Part shown: positions 11,701 to 26,357 of the stretch, piece by piece
Numbering within the stretch: position 1 is the stretch's first letter
Layout: each line of letters starts with the position of its first letter
Assembly (NCBI GenBank): GCA_002269645.1
Contig: NIVC01000093.1
Span: 372,001-436,000 of the forward strand
Direction of reading: 5' to 3'
Source of the DNA: Macrostomum lignano
Lineage: Eukaryota
DNA length: 64,000 bases
Position numbers and translations under genes: made by a program
The notes under the pieces: generated by a model
Databases searched by the model: none
Seen by the model: only the letters and a program-made list of their open reading frames with translations
What the model was told of the DNA's origin: nothing

Positions 11701-14700
11701 ATAAGCCTTGACATCTCAGCAATTCCCCCACTAAGCCTTGACATCTCAGCAATTCCCCCTTTAAGCCTTGACATCTCAGCAATTCACCCACTAAGCCTTG
11801 ACATCTCAGCAATTCCCCCTATAAGCCTTGACATCTCAACGATTCTCCCCAAGAGTCACAGCATTATAGCGATTCCCTCCGAGCCTTGACATTGTAGACT
11901 TGCATTTGACGCGATATAAAATAGACTCACCTGCAAAGCCAGACTATTGAGCCAACCAATTGACAGATTGTGAGGCCGTTCCAGGTTGCCAATGGCATAC
12001 CAGATGCACGCGAGCCAATGAGCAATGAGCGCAAACGACGCCATGAGCAGGAGAAGGACGGCCGCGCCGTACTCCGAGTAGCGGTCCAGCTTGCGTGCAA
12101 CCCGAACGAGCCTCAGCAGGCGGGCAGTTTTGAACAAGCCAATTAATGTCGTTGTCTGAGAAGGAGTACGTCGCCAGTTAAAATACGTCTCTACGAGTAC
12201 TGCCAATTCTGCCCATTCCACTGACTCCTAAGCACTTGCACGTACTCGTAAAAGTGAGCGGATACTGTACACAGGGCACGCACTCATACAAACGCTCACA
12301 CTTTCTTTCTAACGTCAGTTATGTACATTTTCTTGCCCTGGGGGTTGACCCTCATAGATATGAATCGCACACGCTAACCCGTCTGCCAATTTTCGAGCAC
12401 ACAATATACCAAATTTTGCTGTCCAGTGACGTTTCCTGGCTAGCAGCAAAGACTTTTTTACACTTTTCTATTTGCATTTGCATGTGTGTGCGCACGGGAC
12501 CCCAAGTTATAATATTTTCGCTTCCGCTGTGAGAGCTGAATTTGGCAATCAAATTGTGATTGAAAGGTTTGGCAGTAAACATACATAGGTTTTGTATTCA
12601 TATATACTATTAAATTAAAGCAGGGGTTGTAGCCTAGTGGTTAGAGCGTCCGGACTCACGACTTGAAGGTTGGGGGTTCGATTCCCGATCCTATTGGAAT
12701 AATTCGTGTCCTTGAGCCAGACACTTAACTGTGCATTGCTTCAGTTCACCCAGCTGTAAAATGGGTGCCAGGATTAGCTGGGATAATTGAGGGTGTGTGT
12801 GGCGACCCCCAGTCATTGGACTGAACAGCCGTACGCAGCCTTCAGATGCGCCGCGCAATAGCTGCGGCTGAGCTGTCGGTTGCACATCTGAATAAGTCTG
12901 CAGAAAATTGAAATTACCTCATCAGAGCTTGTGTCAGATCCCCACAACAGCAAGTCGAATGGTATGGCTGCCACCAGGTCAATGAGAAACCAGCCTTTGA
13001 AATAGTGCACCGCGATTCGGCCCGGATGCGACACGACTTCGTCATTTTTGTTAACATAGGTGGTGCGAAAGTTGATGAGAATGTCCACGATGAACATGAT
13101 GTCCACGAGGATATCGATTATGTTCATGGGATCCTGGTAGTTGAGCGAGTGCTGCCAAGAAGCAGATGAAAGTTTGTATCGATTTGGAAAGCTTGTTTAC
13201 TTAATCTCAGAAACAATTATTCAACAATACCTTGGCTTTTCGACCTCGTTTTTCGTCGTTCAACAGAAAAGCAGCCACATATGGAGTGTAAATTGCAGTA
13301 TATATCACTAATAGTAGTATCAGCCAGTCCCAAACCGCTTTGAACGGTGAGTAGTGCAGGATGGTTAGCTTGTGAATGCGAGGCGACTGCAGCTTGTACT
13401 CTGGTATTACGTCAGATCCCAGCGAGAGAACCTTGGGATTGATTGAAAGAAGGTCAGTAAGAACTAATTATTTTATTGCACTTTTTTCGTATCAATTAGT
13501 AATTAGCTCACCTGAGCGACCTTCTCGGACATGTTGTGCTTCAGAGCCGATATCTCGTTCGAAAAGATGATGGTCTCGGACGCCCTGGCATCGCTTCCGC
13601 TGACTGAGTCCCAGTCTGCCGCCCGGGACACCGACTTGCTGCGTCCCGTGTCTGTTAGCGAAAGAAACAGACGTTTGAATTTAGGAAAAACTTTTTTATA
13701 CCAACTTTAGTGGACGTTAGAAAACGATAATGAGCTTTCAATAATCGTGCATGATAGCCAGCACCCAAAGCACAGAGAGTGTGTACATTTCTGACGATAG
13801 AAAGTCAGGGCTTGGCGTGTGTATGAGTGCGTGTCTGTGTACAGTGTTGGCTTGATTGTTGCTTGTTTTTCCTCAGGAGTCAGCCTCAGCGCTGGTTGTG
13901 AGAGCATTTCGCTGAAGGCGTTGCGTTAGGGTGCCTGCAGCCTATACTAGCCCATACTACTAGCCCATACTACTACATTTGCACGTTGTTAACCAGTGGC
14001 GTAGCCACTAATTTCAATTGGGGGGGGGGCGGGTTGGCCTGGCTGGTCATGCCTTATGCCATTGCCACTTTTAGCGCCGCATGCACTCATTTTGGCGCCG
14101 CATGCACTCATTTTGGCGCCGCAGACACTCCTTTTAGCGCCGCAGGCACTCATTTTAGCGCCACAGGCACTCATTTTAGCGCCACAGGCACTCATTTTGG
14201 CGCCGCAGGTACTCATTCTGGCGCCGCAGGTACGCCGCTAGCACTCATTTTGGCGCCGCATGCACTCATTTTGGCGCCGCAGGTACTCATTTTGAAGCCA
14301 CAGGCACTCATTTTGGCGCCGCAGGCACTCATTTTGGTGTGGCAGACACTCATTTTGGCGCCGCAGGCACTAACTTTGGCGCCGCAGTCACTCATTTTGG
14401 CGCCGCAGGCACTAATTTTGGCACTGCATGCACTCATTTTGGCGCCGCAGGCACTCCTTTTAGCGCCGCACGCACTCATTTTAGCGCCACAGGCACTCCT
14501 TTTAGCGCCGCACGCACTCATTTTAGCGCCACAGGCACTCATTTTGGCGCCACAGGCACTCATTTTGGCGCCGCAGGCACTAACTTTGGCGCCGCAGTCA
14601 CTCATTTTGGCGCCGCAGGCACTAACTTTGGCGCCGCAGGCACTCATCTGGGCACCGCAGGCACTCATTTTGGTGTGGCAGGCACTCATTTTGGCACCGC

Positions 14701-16570
14701 ATGCACTCATTTTGGCGCCGCAGGCACTCCTTTTAGCGCCGCAGGTACTCATTTTGGCGCCGCAGGCACTCATTTTGGCGCCGCAGGTACTCATTTTGGC
14801 GCCGCAGGCACTCATTTTGGTGTGGCAGGCACTAATTTTGGCGCCGCAGTCACTCAATTGCCTCCTGGTTTTCGGTATCCGCCGCGCTCAACCCCACCCC
14901 CCAGGCGATTGGCTACGCCACTGTTGTTAACATCTTCCAAAAGACGTAAAAAGTGGCTAATTATTGGCAAGTTTAAAATATTAATTTTAAGAGCCACTGA
15001 AACTACCTATGCCAACATTTTTTCCGTTTATTACATGCAGCTCAAAATTATGAATAAAACGGCCCCTATGGCTAATACCTTTAATTCGAAGCGAGTTTTG
15101 GACTTAAATTGTCAGGACTTTAACGAGGTAAGTTCCCTTACTATCTTATAACTCCTTGACAGCTGGTTCCACGCCCCTTGGCGCTGACGCCCCACTCGAT
15201 GGCGTCTCCCGATCCAAAGACGCGGCCGTCCCCAACCAAACATCTGGCTAAGCATCTGATACTCTTCAGTAAGCGCTCTCTTGTACAATTAAATAAGCTA
15301 AAATCTTTACCTCTCTCATCCGTATATCGACGCCTGTTAGCTGCAGTTGGCAGAGAGTTCAGCGACAAGCAGCTGTCATTCTCAAGCACAGGTCGTCGAC
15401 CTCGCGGCGTCTCCCCGGTCGCCGCCGCGACAGCCGATTCGTCAGCCTCGCCTGACGTGGTCGCCGATTTTAATCGTCTGGCAGCTTCGTTGGCGTCGTC
15501 GTCGTTTTCCGTGTCAAAGACCACGGGCAGTTGATGTTGCTGTTGTCGGCGATGCCCATGAAATCCAATGCCGATGCCGCCGCCACCACCACCAGCGCCA
15601 GCGCTACTAACACCGCTACTGTTTCCATCGTTGTTGTCGCTGGCGCAGGCGTTCCGGCAGCCGCAGTCAGTTGGGAAAAATATTCGACGAAGAATGCGCA
15701 TCGTACGACTGTCGTCTGAAACAGGACAAATGTCTTGTTCTTGTTAGCCTCTCACGCAGGGTCTGCGGCAGCCCTGACTTTGACATCGGCAGGTACTACT
15801 TCTGCTATGATATGGCTTCTTATCTTAAATTGTACTACAACAATCTGTAACAGCAATGACAATAGCTAAAATTAAAATCATTGCTCCTTTACCCGGCAGG
15901 GCCTCCTTAACAACGCGTCGAGTTCTGCAATTGTCCTCATCGTGATGACTGTGAAAGGTGACAACGTAGAAGACCACGCTTCCGGCTTCGTTACAGATTG
16001 GGGCCACTGTGCAGTCGCAGTTGAATCGACTGCCTGGAAAAGATTAGAGATGGAGACATTATGAAAACTCCAGCAACATTTATCAAAGACATGACACTTT
16101 GATCCATTAATTCTTGTACTTCTTGTCTGAAAATTAAATTTCAATTAGTAGTAAGGATCTTTCTTTGAAAATCGATACGAAAAAAACGATTAGTGTGTAT
16201 GACGTTGTCGCTGTTGTCAATGAGCTATCTAGTTTGAATACTGAGCGTTAGAATAATGAATGTTAGAATTGATATTTGAAAAAAGTATTTTTACTCATCT
16301 TATTGTTTCTATGTTTCCTAATTGCGTTATAACTTTTTGTTTATCATTGATAGTGATAATAATAATTGACTAAACCTGCCCTAATGAGCAGAGGTGCAAC
16401 CGGCAGCTCACCCGCAGCTATTGCGAGGCGCATCTGAAGGCTGCGTACGGCTGTTCAGTCCAAGGACTGGGGTTGTCGCCACACAACACCCTCAATTACC
16501 CCAGCTAATGCTGGCACCCATTTTACAGCTGGGTGAACTGAAGCAATGCAGAGTTAAGTGTCTGGCTCAA

Positions 16571-16606
<36 letters not shown>

Positions 16607-19600
16607 GAACTGATTACAACTAATTAGACTGAAAATTGATTGGTGAAGAATTATTGTAAGATCCGAGCATTTAATCGTGAATAGCTGCCCTGGATGCAGG
16701 TAGTTGCATTTGGACAGGAAGGCGCAGAAGGCAAAAATGAGTGACACCTGATTCCCAATTGACGCAGAGAAATGCAGGGTGATTCGTGTGCGTCAAATGC
16801 ATCAAATGTGGCACGCATGCATGCTCCAGGTGCTTAAGCCGCTCCGCCCAGTGCAGTCATCAATCTTGTCCATTGTTGCATTGCTAGGGTAATGGCCGGG
16901 AAATTCAACCCGAGACCTAGGTAGGGGATTAGGCTTCATCGCATCAATTGTCGATGGTATTAAGGAAACTTTAGGGCACTAATTGAGAGATGGGAGCCTG
17001 GGAAAATGCGCTTCAGTTCAGTGTCAGTGTCAGTTCATTAATTCATTGCAGATTCAATTTGGCATGCCTGAAGCCCTCCAGCTAATGCACCAACACGTAC
17101 CTGAGACTGCACAGGTTTCAGATTTCAGTGAGAAAAATGAATAAACTTCCTTATTTTCTTAATTTAAACCCGCTGCATAGTTGATACCTATCAATTAATT
17201 TAGAACTAATTTAGATTTCGTTTCACAGAAGTTGTCTGCATCGGTAAGGTTGGTAGTGAAACCTGGAACTTTTGTTACTGATTTCTAACTATACTCCCTC
17301 ATTATTTAACTAAAAACCTCAACTAAACAACTAAGGGGTTGCAGCCTAGTGGTTAGAGTGTCGGACTTACGACTGAAAGGTCCGTGGTTCGATTCTTGAC
17401 CCTCTCAGAACAATCTGTGTCCTTGAGCAAGACACTTAACTCTCCATTGCTTCAGTTCATTCACCCAGCTGTAAAATGGGTGCCAGCATTAGCTGGGGTA
17501 ATTGAGGGTGTGTGTGACGACCCCCCAGTCCTTGGACTGAACAGCCGTACGCAGCCTGCGGCTGAGCTGTCGGTTGCACATCTGTCTATTATGGCAGGTG
17601 TAATCAACTATTATTAATATTAATAATGAACCCCATATACAGCTGAAATTCGAGATGATCCTTACTAATTAAAATCCAATGTTAGGATAAAAGTTTCTCT
17701 ATAATTTGTGGTCCTCCATTTCGCATACGTGCATGGGTATAGCTTTATAGCAAGTAATATTTAGGCTGATACTGAGAAATCGTCATTTTATTAAAAGCCG
17801 CTAGAACCTGTGCAGCAAACCGCTCTGTCGAACACGCGGCAGGGGATGGCTTGCTATGCCGAACAGAAAACCCACATTTCCCACAGGATTCCCTCCGATT
17901 TCACCGAATATAAAGAAATCGATTCCCAACGTGGCGCTGTCCGTCGGCCTGTCCTCCCTCCTTATACGTAATAAGGACAGGGCGGTGCTGAAAATGATTG
18001 CTGGAATTCCGCCTGTTGTAAATGTTTTATATCAAGGGTTTCCGCTGCCGAACCGCGGACCACCTGTGCACATTGCGGACAAGGGGGGGGGGCTGAAGCG
18101 AGTCGAATACGCGCTTTAATAGTACACAGTGTGCGCGGGCTCTTCTACAAACATCCAACCGTGCCGACCTTTCTTGCCTAGTGATCCCTGCGTCGGTATA
18201 CGCTTTCAAGACTGCAGATCCCCAGTCTGTCCAACTTCAGCAGCGATTCTGTTTACCCCAGTTTTCTGCGCAGCATCTATCACAACAGTGCTATCAACGG
18301 CTTTGTAGATTTTACTGCGCGTTGATAAAGCACTTTCTCTATTAATAATCTATCCTAAGTTTCACGAACATTTTAAGCTGCAGTGCGAGTTTACTAGCTA
18401 AGATTCTACTGCAGCTTTTGCTATGCAAAGTTAGAAAATTGACATCCAGAGTTGGCAACTACACTGCAGGGGTCAGCAAACTCCGGCCCGCGAAGTCTCT
18501 ATCCGGCCCTCGGGTCCTTTGAAACTTCACAATAGCGATCCGGCCCGCTCAAGGTTTGTCTCTTCTCAGCTCTCTTCTCTCTGCTCTTTCGGGGTCTCCT
18601 ATCCCTTCTCTCCTCTCTCCTCACGTCTATGTGGTCATCATAATCTTTCAAATTTCAGGTTTAGCTTGTCTTTGAGTGGAGTTTCTCAGTCAAAAATCTG
18701 CTTTTATGTCTGTGCCCCAATCTATCTTTATTCTGTTGGATTTCAACTCTGGATGTCAAGTTTCTAGCTCAAATGAACAGGTCCGACTCACCGTCCTTCT
18801 TGTAGAGAGCAATGTGCACAACCTGTTCCCTGTCGGAGTGCAGCGCCTGTCGCAGATTCACAATCGATTCCACGCTGGTCAGCGGGCCGTGGAGAAAGTC
18901 GCACCAAGCGGGTCGCTGCATGGCATCGACCCGACTGTAGCCAGTGAGCTCGCAGAAGGTTTCGCTGCAGTAGACAATTGGCTGATTGTCCAACTGAGCA
19001 TTGGCTATGCAATAGCGCTTGTCTGAGGGCGAATCAATGAGTACATCTGACGTCACTTAAAACCAATTTTTGCACTTCTGCAAGCTACCTAATAAAATAC
19101 AAGACAACCAAGTTTAGCTGGCTGAAGCTTATAGCCTTTAAACTATGAAATTTTTTTTAATAATAGTAATTTCTTACACCTGTCCTAATGGCTGCGTACG
19201 GCTGTTGAGTACAAAAACTGAGGGGGGAGGCGACACGCACACCCTCAATTACCCCGGCTAATCCTGGCACCGATTTTACAGCTGGGTGAACTGCGACGCA
19301 ATGCAGAGTTCAGCGTCTTCTTGCTCAAGGACACAAATTGTTGCAAGTCCAAGCATCTAGTGGTGAGTCCGATGCTCTAACCACTAGCCTACAGCCCCTC
19401 AATGAGAAGATACAAGTTGTTAAGAAGTATGAATGACTTCCTTCAGCGCTGTACTGGCTAAAGTACAGAACTGATGAACAGTAGCATTAAGCGCTGGATC
19501 CTGCACGTGACTCATTAACATGACTTAGACGTCTTAGTGCTAAGTTATAGATTAATTAATTGCAATACCTGCCCAATGCATTCGTGCCGGTTCTACATGC

Positions 19601-20388
19601 AAGGGAAGGTATTGATTTTTAGGTGGACCTCGAATTGTAAATTGACACCGGAGTGATTCAGTCCTCAGTCTTTCTTGCTTCATCAAAGCGGTGAGCACAA
19701 GACATTGGCATTGCCCATACCATTATAATGCAATGTTGCAAAGTTTTGAGTTTGTTTATTTAGCAAGTCATTCAAGGTGAAATTCTTTACTTGTCAAATT
19801 GTGCTTGCTATGTACATTTCTGTATTTTGTAGGAGCAACTCTCGACTAAGTTTCGGTTTCAAATCAAGATGGTAGAAAATGAGCAGAAAACCGGTGTCAG
19901 AGAGGGGCTTAAAGCCGATCTTCTTCAGCCGATGTGGAATATTGATAAGAGGCTGCAATTGATGATGGTGTGGGAGACTGCCGGCTGGGGCGATTTAATG
20001 AAAACGGGAAGAGGTCAGGCTCGCAAGTTGACTTAGCCGGGCTTATACTTTTCTTGAGCATGATGGATAGCGTTCAGACTTGATATCGTTTCTATCTGAT
20101 GAAGAATGAGGGAAGAAAGAACAGTTGATTTTTTTTCAGAACTGGACTCCGACATGAAGTTTTGCCAGTGACGTGTCTGTACTTCGGTTTTGACTCGGCT
20201 TGTTTCTGCTGCTTCGGTTTGCACTGCTCTGGTTGGAAATCCGTCGCATTGTTTAGTCAATAAGGAAACCATGAATGATAAAAATACGCCATGAGAGGAA
20301 AGCTTCACTTACTCTGGCTATCCAGCTTTCGAATCAGCGTGTCAATAAAGACATTCTGCGGCGCAACGTGACCTCGACGAACTGGCAT
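8756..20388 (-). CDS. KCNH2: ERG-type (KCNH2/seizure) voltage-gated K+ channel, 11 exons, 1017 aa
   Basis: Exons (GT-AG, phases consistent, total 3054 nt): 20388-20313, 19022-18792, 16033-15893, 15715-15311, 13651-13512, 13431-13231, 13151-12918, 12155-11931, 11318-10741, 9982-9714, 9309-8756. Motifs: N-terminal [15 protein letters not shown] cap, PAS domain, S4 [18 protein letters not shown], pore SVGFGN, S6 [17 protein letters not shown] with TFNLR and a C-terminal coiled coil. Confidence 0.95.
10105..10640. repeat. 21-bp intronic minisatellite (TGTCTAGTAGTAGTTGTTAAT)
   Basis: Tandem units in the KCNH intron 9983-10740. Confidence 0.95.
11553..11890. repeat. 30-bp intronic minisatellite (AGCCTTGACATCTCAGCAATTCCCCCTATA), about 10 units
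   Basis: Tandem units in the KCNH intron 11319-11930. Confidence 0.95.
12623..12890 (+). mobile_element. tRNA-derived SINE with CORE-like central domain, copy A
   Basis: A box TAGCCTAGTGG and B box GGTTCGATTCC, then GTGTCCTTGAGCCAGACACTTAAC..CAGCTGTAAAATGGG. Homologous to five other copies in the window. Confidence 0.9.
13994..14923. mobile_element. Non-autonomous hAT-type element (MITE) with an internal 21-bp minisatellite
   Basis: Perfect 14-bp TIRs CAGTGGCGTAGCCA (13994-14007) and TGGCTACGCCACTG (14910-14923). Identical 8-bp TSD TTGTTAAC at 13986-13993 and 14924-14931. The interior is about 38 copies of GCAGGCACTCATTTTGGCGCC. Confidence 0.9.
16356..16571 (-). mobile_element. SINE copy B, lacking the tRNA head
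   Basis: Reverse complement of the SINE body with an (ATT)n tail. A (GATT)n tract lies where the head would be. Confidence 0.85.
17335..17627 (+). mobile_element. SINE copy C
   Basis: A and B boxes, CORE-like domain and TATTATTAAT tail. Confidence 0.9.
18467..18560 (+). mobile_element. Truncated hAT/Charlie-type terminus
   Basis: CAGGGGTCAGCAAACTCCGGCCCGCG followed by repeated CCGGCCC motifs, typical of Charlie/MER-type hAT ends (recalled). No partner end was found. Confidence 0.5.
19188..19398 (-). mobile_element. SINE copy D (B-box region lost, 3' end missing)
   Basis: Reverse-complement homology to copies A, C and E. Confidence 0.85.
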
Positions 20389-20689
20389 CTTGTCGAGTTT
20401 GATGAACACGGGGAGCTGGGATGGGAAAGCTATAAGCTGCCTCAGAACACTTCGGTAGAGTGGCTACGTTCTTGCACCGGAGAAGAGCTAATGCAGAGAG
20501 AGAATTCCCTCTGCTATCCGTCTTAGCTTCGTCTATCCCTGCAAAATCTCAGTCATATCCCAATTGGCTGAACAAGCGATCGCTTCACTGCATTAGGAAA
20601 AAACGGGCTTTTGATTGGATCCTAAAAAAGGGCCTCCAAGTGCAGCGACCCTTTTCTGGGGGCCTGCAATTCGCTGATTGATTCTTTTG

Positions 20690-20691
<2 letters not shown>

Positions 20692-20776
<85 letters not shown>
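20692..20776. repeat. (CT)n microsatellite
   Basis: Directly visible. Similar tracts occur at 38816-38897 and 57481-57523. Confidence 0.95.
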
Positions 20777-20780
<4 letters not shown>

Positions 20781-21875
20781 TTCTATTTGGCCTTTTCCCG
20801 TCACGACGACCAATAGGCTTATGACCTGAAGAAGATACGGGATTGAGGCCCGGCTTGCTAAACGACTCTCAGGATGCAGAGCATTCCACGCCCCTCCGGT
20901 CCAGCTGTTCCGTTCAGTAGCACTCGTGGCACCGGAGAGTGGGGGGGGGGGGCAGCTATAGGGTTGGGCGTATTTACTGAGCCAACTGAGCTGAGTATAG
21001 GCTGAACGGAGTCCCTTATAATGCGTCCTAAGCGTGGACCAATTCGTGACCCGATCATTCATCCTTTTTGCCCATAGGCTTGGATAATCAAATAAATCTA
21101 GATCGTGATTTTAACTCTGTTTTGTATGCCCAGCTATTAATGGGGCCCCTACGCTTTTTGATCGGTGATGTGGTTCCAGGCCTCGCAGACCAAAAATGTA
21201 GTTTCGGGAGGCGAAAAAACGATAAAATAGCATTACTATGCTCGTACAGGGAAAAGTCTAGCGGTCGCTCAGTAGCTCGGGTTACTGCGGTATAAATCGG
21301 TCGCGGAGCAAATTAAGCATAGATTCCGGGTCTGTACTAAGGGGACACACACACAAAAACGTCAGGGGACCAAGTGCGCCATCAATTTAGCTTATTGCTT
21401 CCAGCCTTGCTCTATTTATTTCTGCATGGCGATCCAGTTCTCAAAGGCACAGCCTCCTTTTGTTTGCTAGCCGCTCCAACCTACCGATCGCTATATAGTG
21501 AGATTTATTCCCACGCCAAGCATTGCTGCATAGCAGCTTTTGACGAGATGTGAGCTTGGCCTGATTGCTCAGTGGGTTTGAGTGCGGCTCGGTAAATAGT
21601 CGGACATTTTACAGTTCACAGCCAACCTTAGAGGGCCCCTAGGAGCTTTCCTGAACTTTGTTGATGGGTTTCACACGCTGTTGGTCTATATAGGCTTTTC
21701 CATTGATGCCTAATCACCTTGATTTGTTTTAGCAAACTAATTAACGCACAGCTAAAGTCGTCCGGATCTGACTTTTAACAGCACCTGCCGCTGACTCAAT
21801 AATAGACTTAAAGTAAACCAACCGCGTCGCGCTTTATTGTTTATTTCTTATAGTTGACAAAGTGACCACAGAAGG

Positions 21876-24700
<2,825 letters not shown>

Positions 24701-26357
24701 CAATTATGCGTGAATGCATGCTATATACTACTGCACTGTGCACGTAGCTGAAAGTCGAGAAGCTATTTAAAAAATGGTTTTAAAGAAATAAAAACAACAA
24801 TAAACTTTTAGTTACAAAAGCAGTTTTACATTAATTGAATATGGTCAGTTTATTAACAGTCTTATTGAGGCTGCATGTGCATCCAAAAAAAGGCTGCGCG
24901 CGTACATCTGCATGGGGATCGCCGTGGCAAACAATTTGGCAAGAAAGCATTATTAATTGTATTATATGCATAAGCATGTGTTATGTATAAAAGTTACTAG
25001 CAGGAAGAACTACATGTACATGTACATGTATGCATGCGTGTATTTTTAAGCGGTCGATCGCAATAAATGAACCTGTAAAATGTACATGTACAATTACTGT
25101 ACGAATACGATCCCTAATGTCGATTATATTATGTACAGTAATATACGCATGTGCTATATTGTCCGTCACATCTCCATCAACTACCATAAATCAACGGTAG
25201 GACATGTACATGTCAAGGACCAGCAGGACCTTTTAGTGGTCCTTGGCATGTATGTGTGCGCGAATGATGAACATTATGAAACTTGTGTAAAATGCCATAT
25301 TTACATGTACAATATAAAATAGAAATAGTAGAATAGAAAAATTACAATTCCAGTGTAGTGTAACTAATTTGTAGTGTAACTAACAAACTAGCTTACATGT
25401 ATGTATTTGTTATAAGACACGATAACAAGTTAAGTTGAATACAATGAAATTATTAGAAGGCTCCTGCAACCAGCCGAGAAATAAAAGAGTCTCATCTAAT
25501 GGCTGCACAGTGAAGAAACATAATGTCAAATAATAACGTGGTTGAATCGACAGTAGAGCGTTAGTCGCTATGTGTGAGATTGTGAGGTTTCGTTATTCTA
25601 AAGTGAAGTTTTGATGGCTAATATAAAATAAAGTATAGAGGTAATATGAAAAAACATGCACCCCACTGCATGGCTCCCAAAATATAGCGGAGCACATGTA
25701 ACAACAAGAACAACAAAGTCTTTGAGCTGTATTGGTGATGACTCATCGTCTCCTCAACCATGCTACAGAAAAAGACAGCAGAGAGATCGTGTCGCTTGGA
25801 CCAGATCGAGCGACTTCTGGTTTTAATTTTTGAGAGATACGTCATAGAATATATTTACAACGCTGGTGAAAGGATTATACTTAATATTTATACGACTATG
25901 AAATGAACTATTAAATTACAATTAAACAATTAAATTAAATCATACAAGAGCAAACAGTTCGTCTAACAGATATATCCTATTCTTGAGTTTCAACTCTTAA
26001 CGGCTTTAAACGCACTATTAAAACACAACCTATTACCTAATGTGTAATTGGAGCAAGTTTCAGAGAAAAACAGAAAGAAGTCTTTTTACAAACGTAATTA
26101 ATTTTTGTTTGTTTTAGAATATCGGCAACATATATTGTATTTTTATTTTATTTTAAATATCGTCAACGTCAACTTCAAATTAAATAATTTCGTCGAATAC
26201 ACTGCAGCGCGCGCGTACACTGCCAAACAGAACGAAGACTCCAAGATCGTATAGTATAGCTTTTATAAGAGAAGTAATCTTTATTCCATTGTTTTTTGTA
26301 GGTGCTTAAGTTGTTAATTATTTACCTATTTTTTCAAGCAATTAACTTTCGTCAGAG

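Noticed and set aside
12623-12700. tRNA genes at SINE heads
   Set aside because: A and B boxes are present, but the acceptor stem does not close, anticodon-like triplets vary between copies, and each head continues into the same SINE body.
15745-15800. Possible KCNH micro-exon in intron 3
   Set aside because: Candidate AG to GT spans are 40, 46 or 49 nt, none frame-preserving.
17830-18250. GC-richer island in KCNH intron 2, with weak LINE-RT-like text ([17 protein letters not shown]) on the minus strand
   Set aside because: All frames are interrupted and the motif is too short to call. A translated TE search would be needed.
24990-25400. Cluster of TACATGTA palindromes
   Set aside because: This is a low-complexity AT-rich motif common in invertebrate intergenic DNA, with no defined unit or boundaries.
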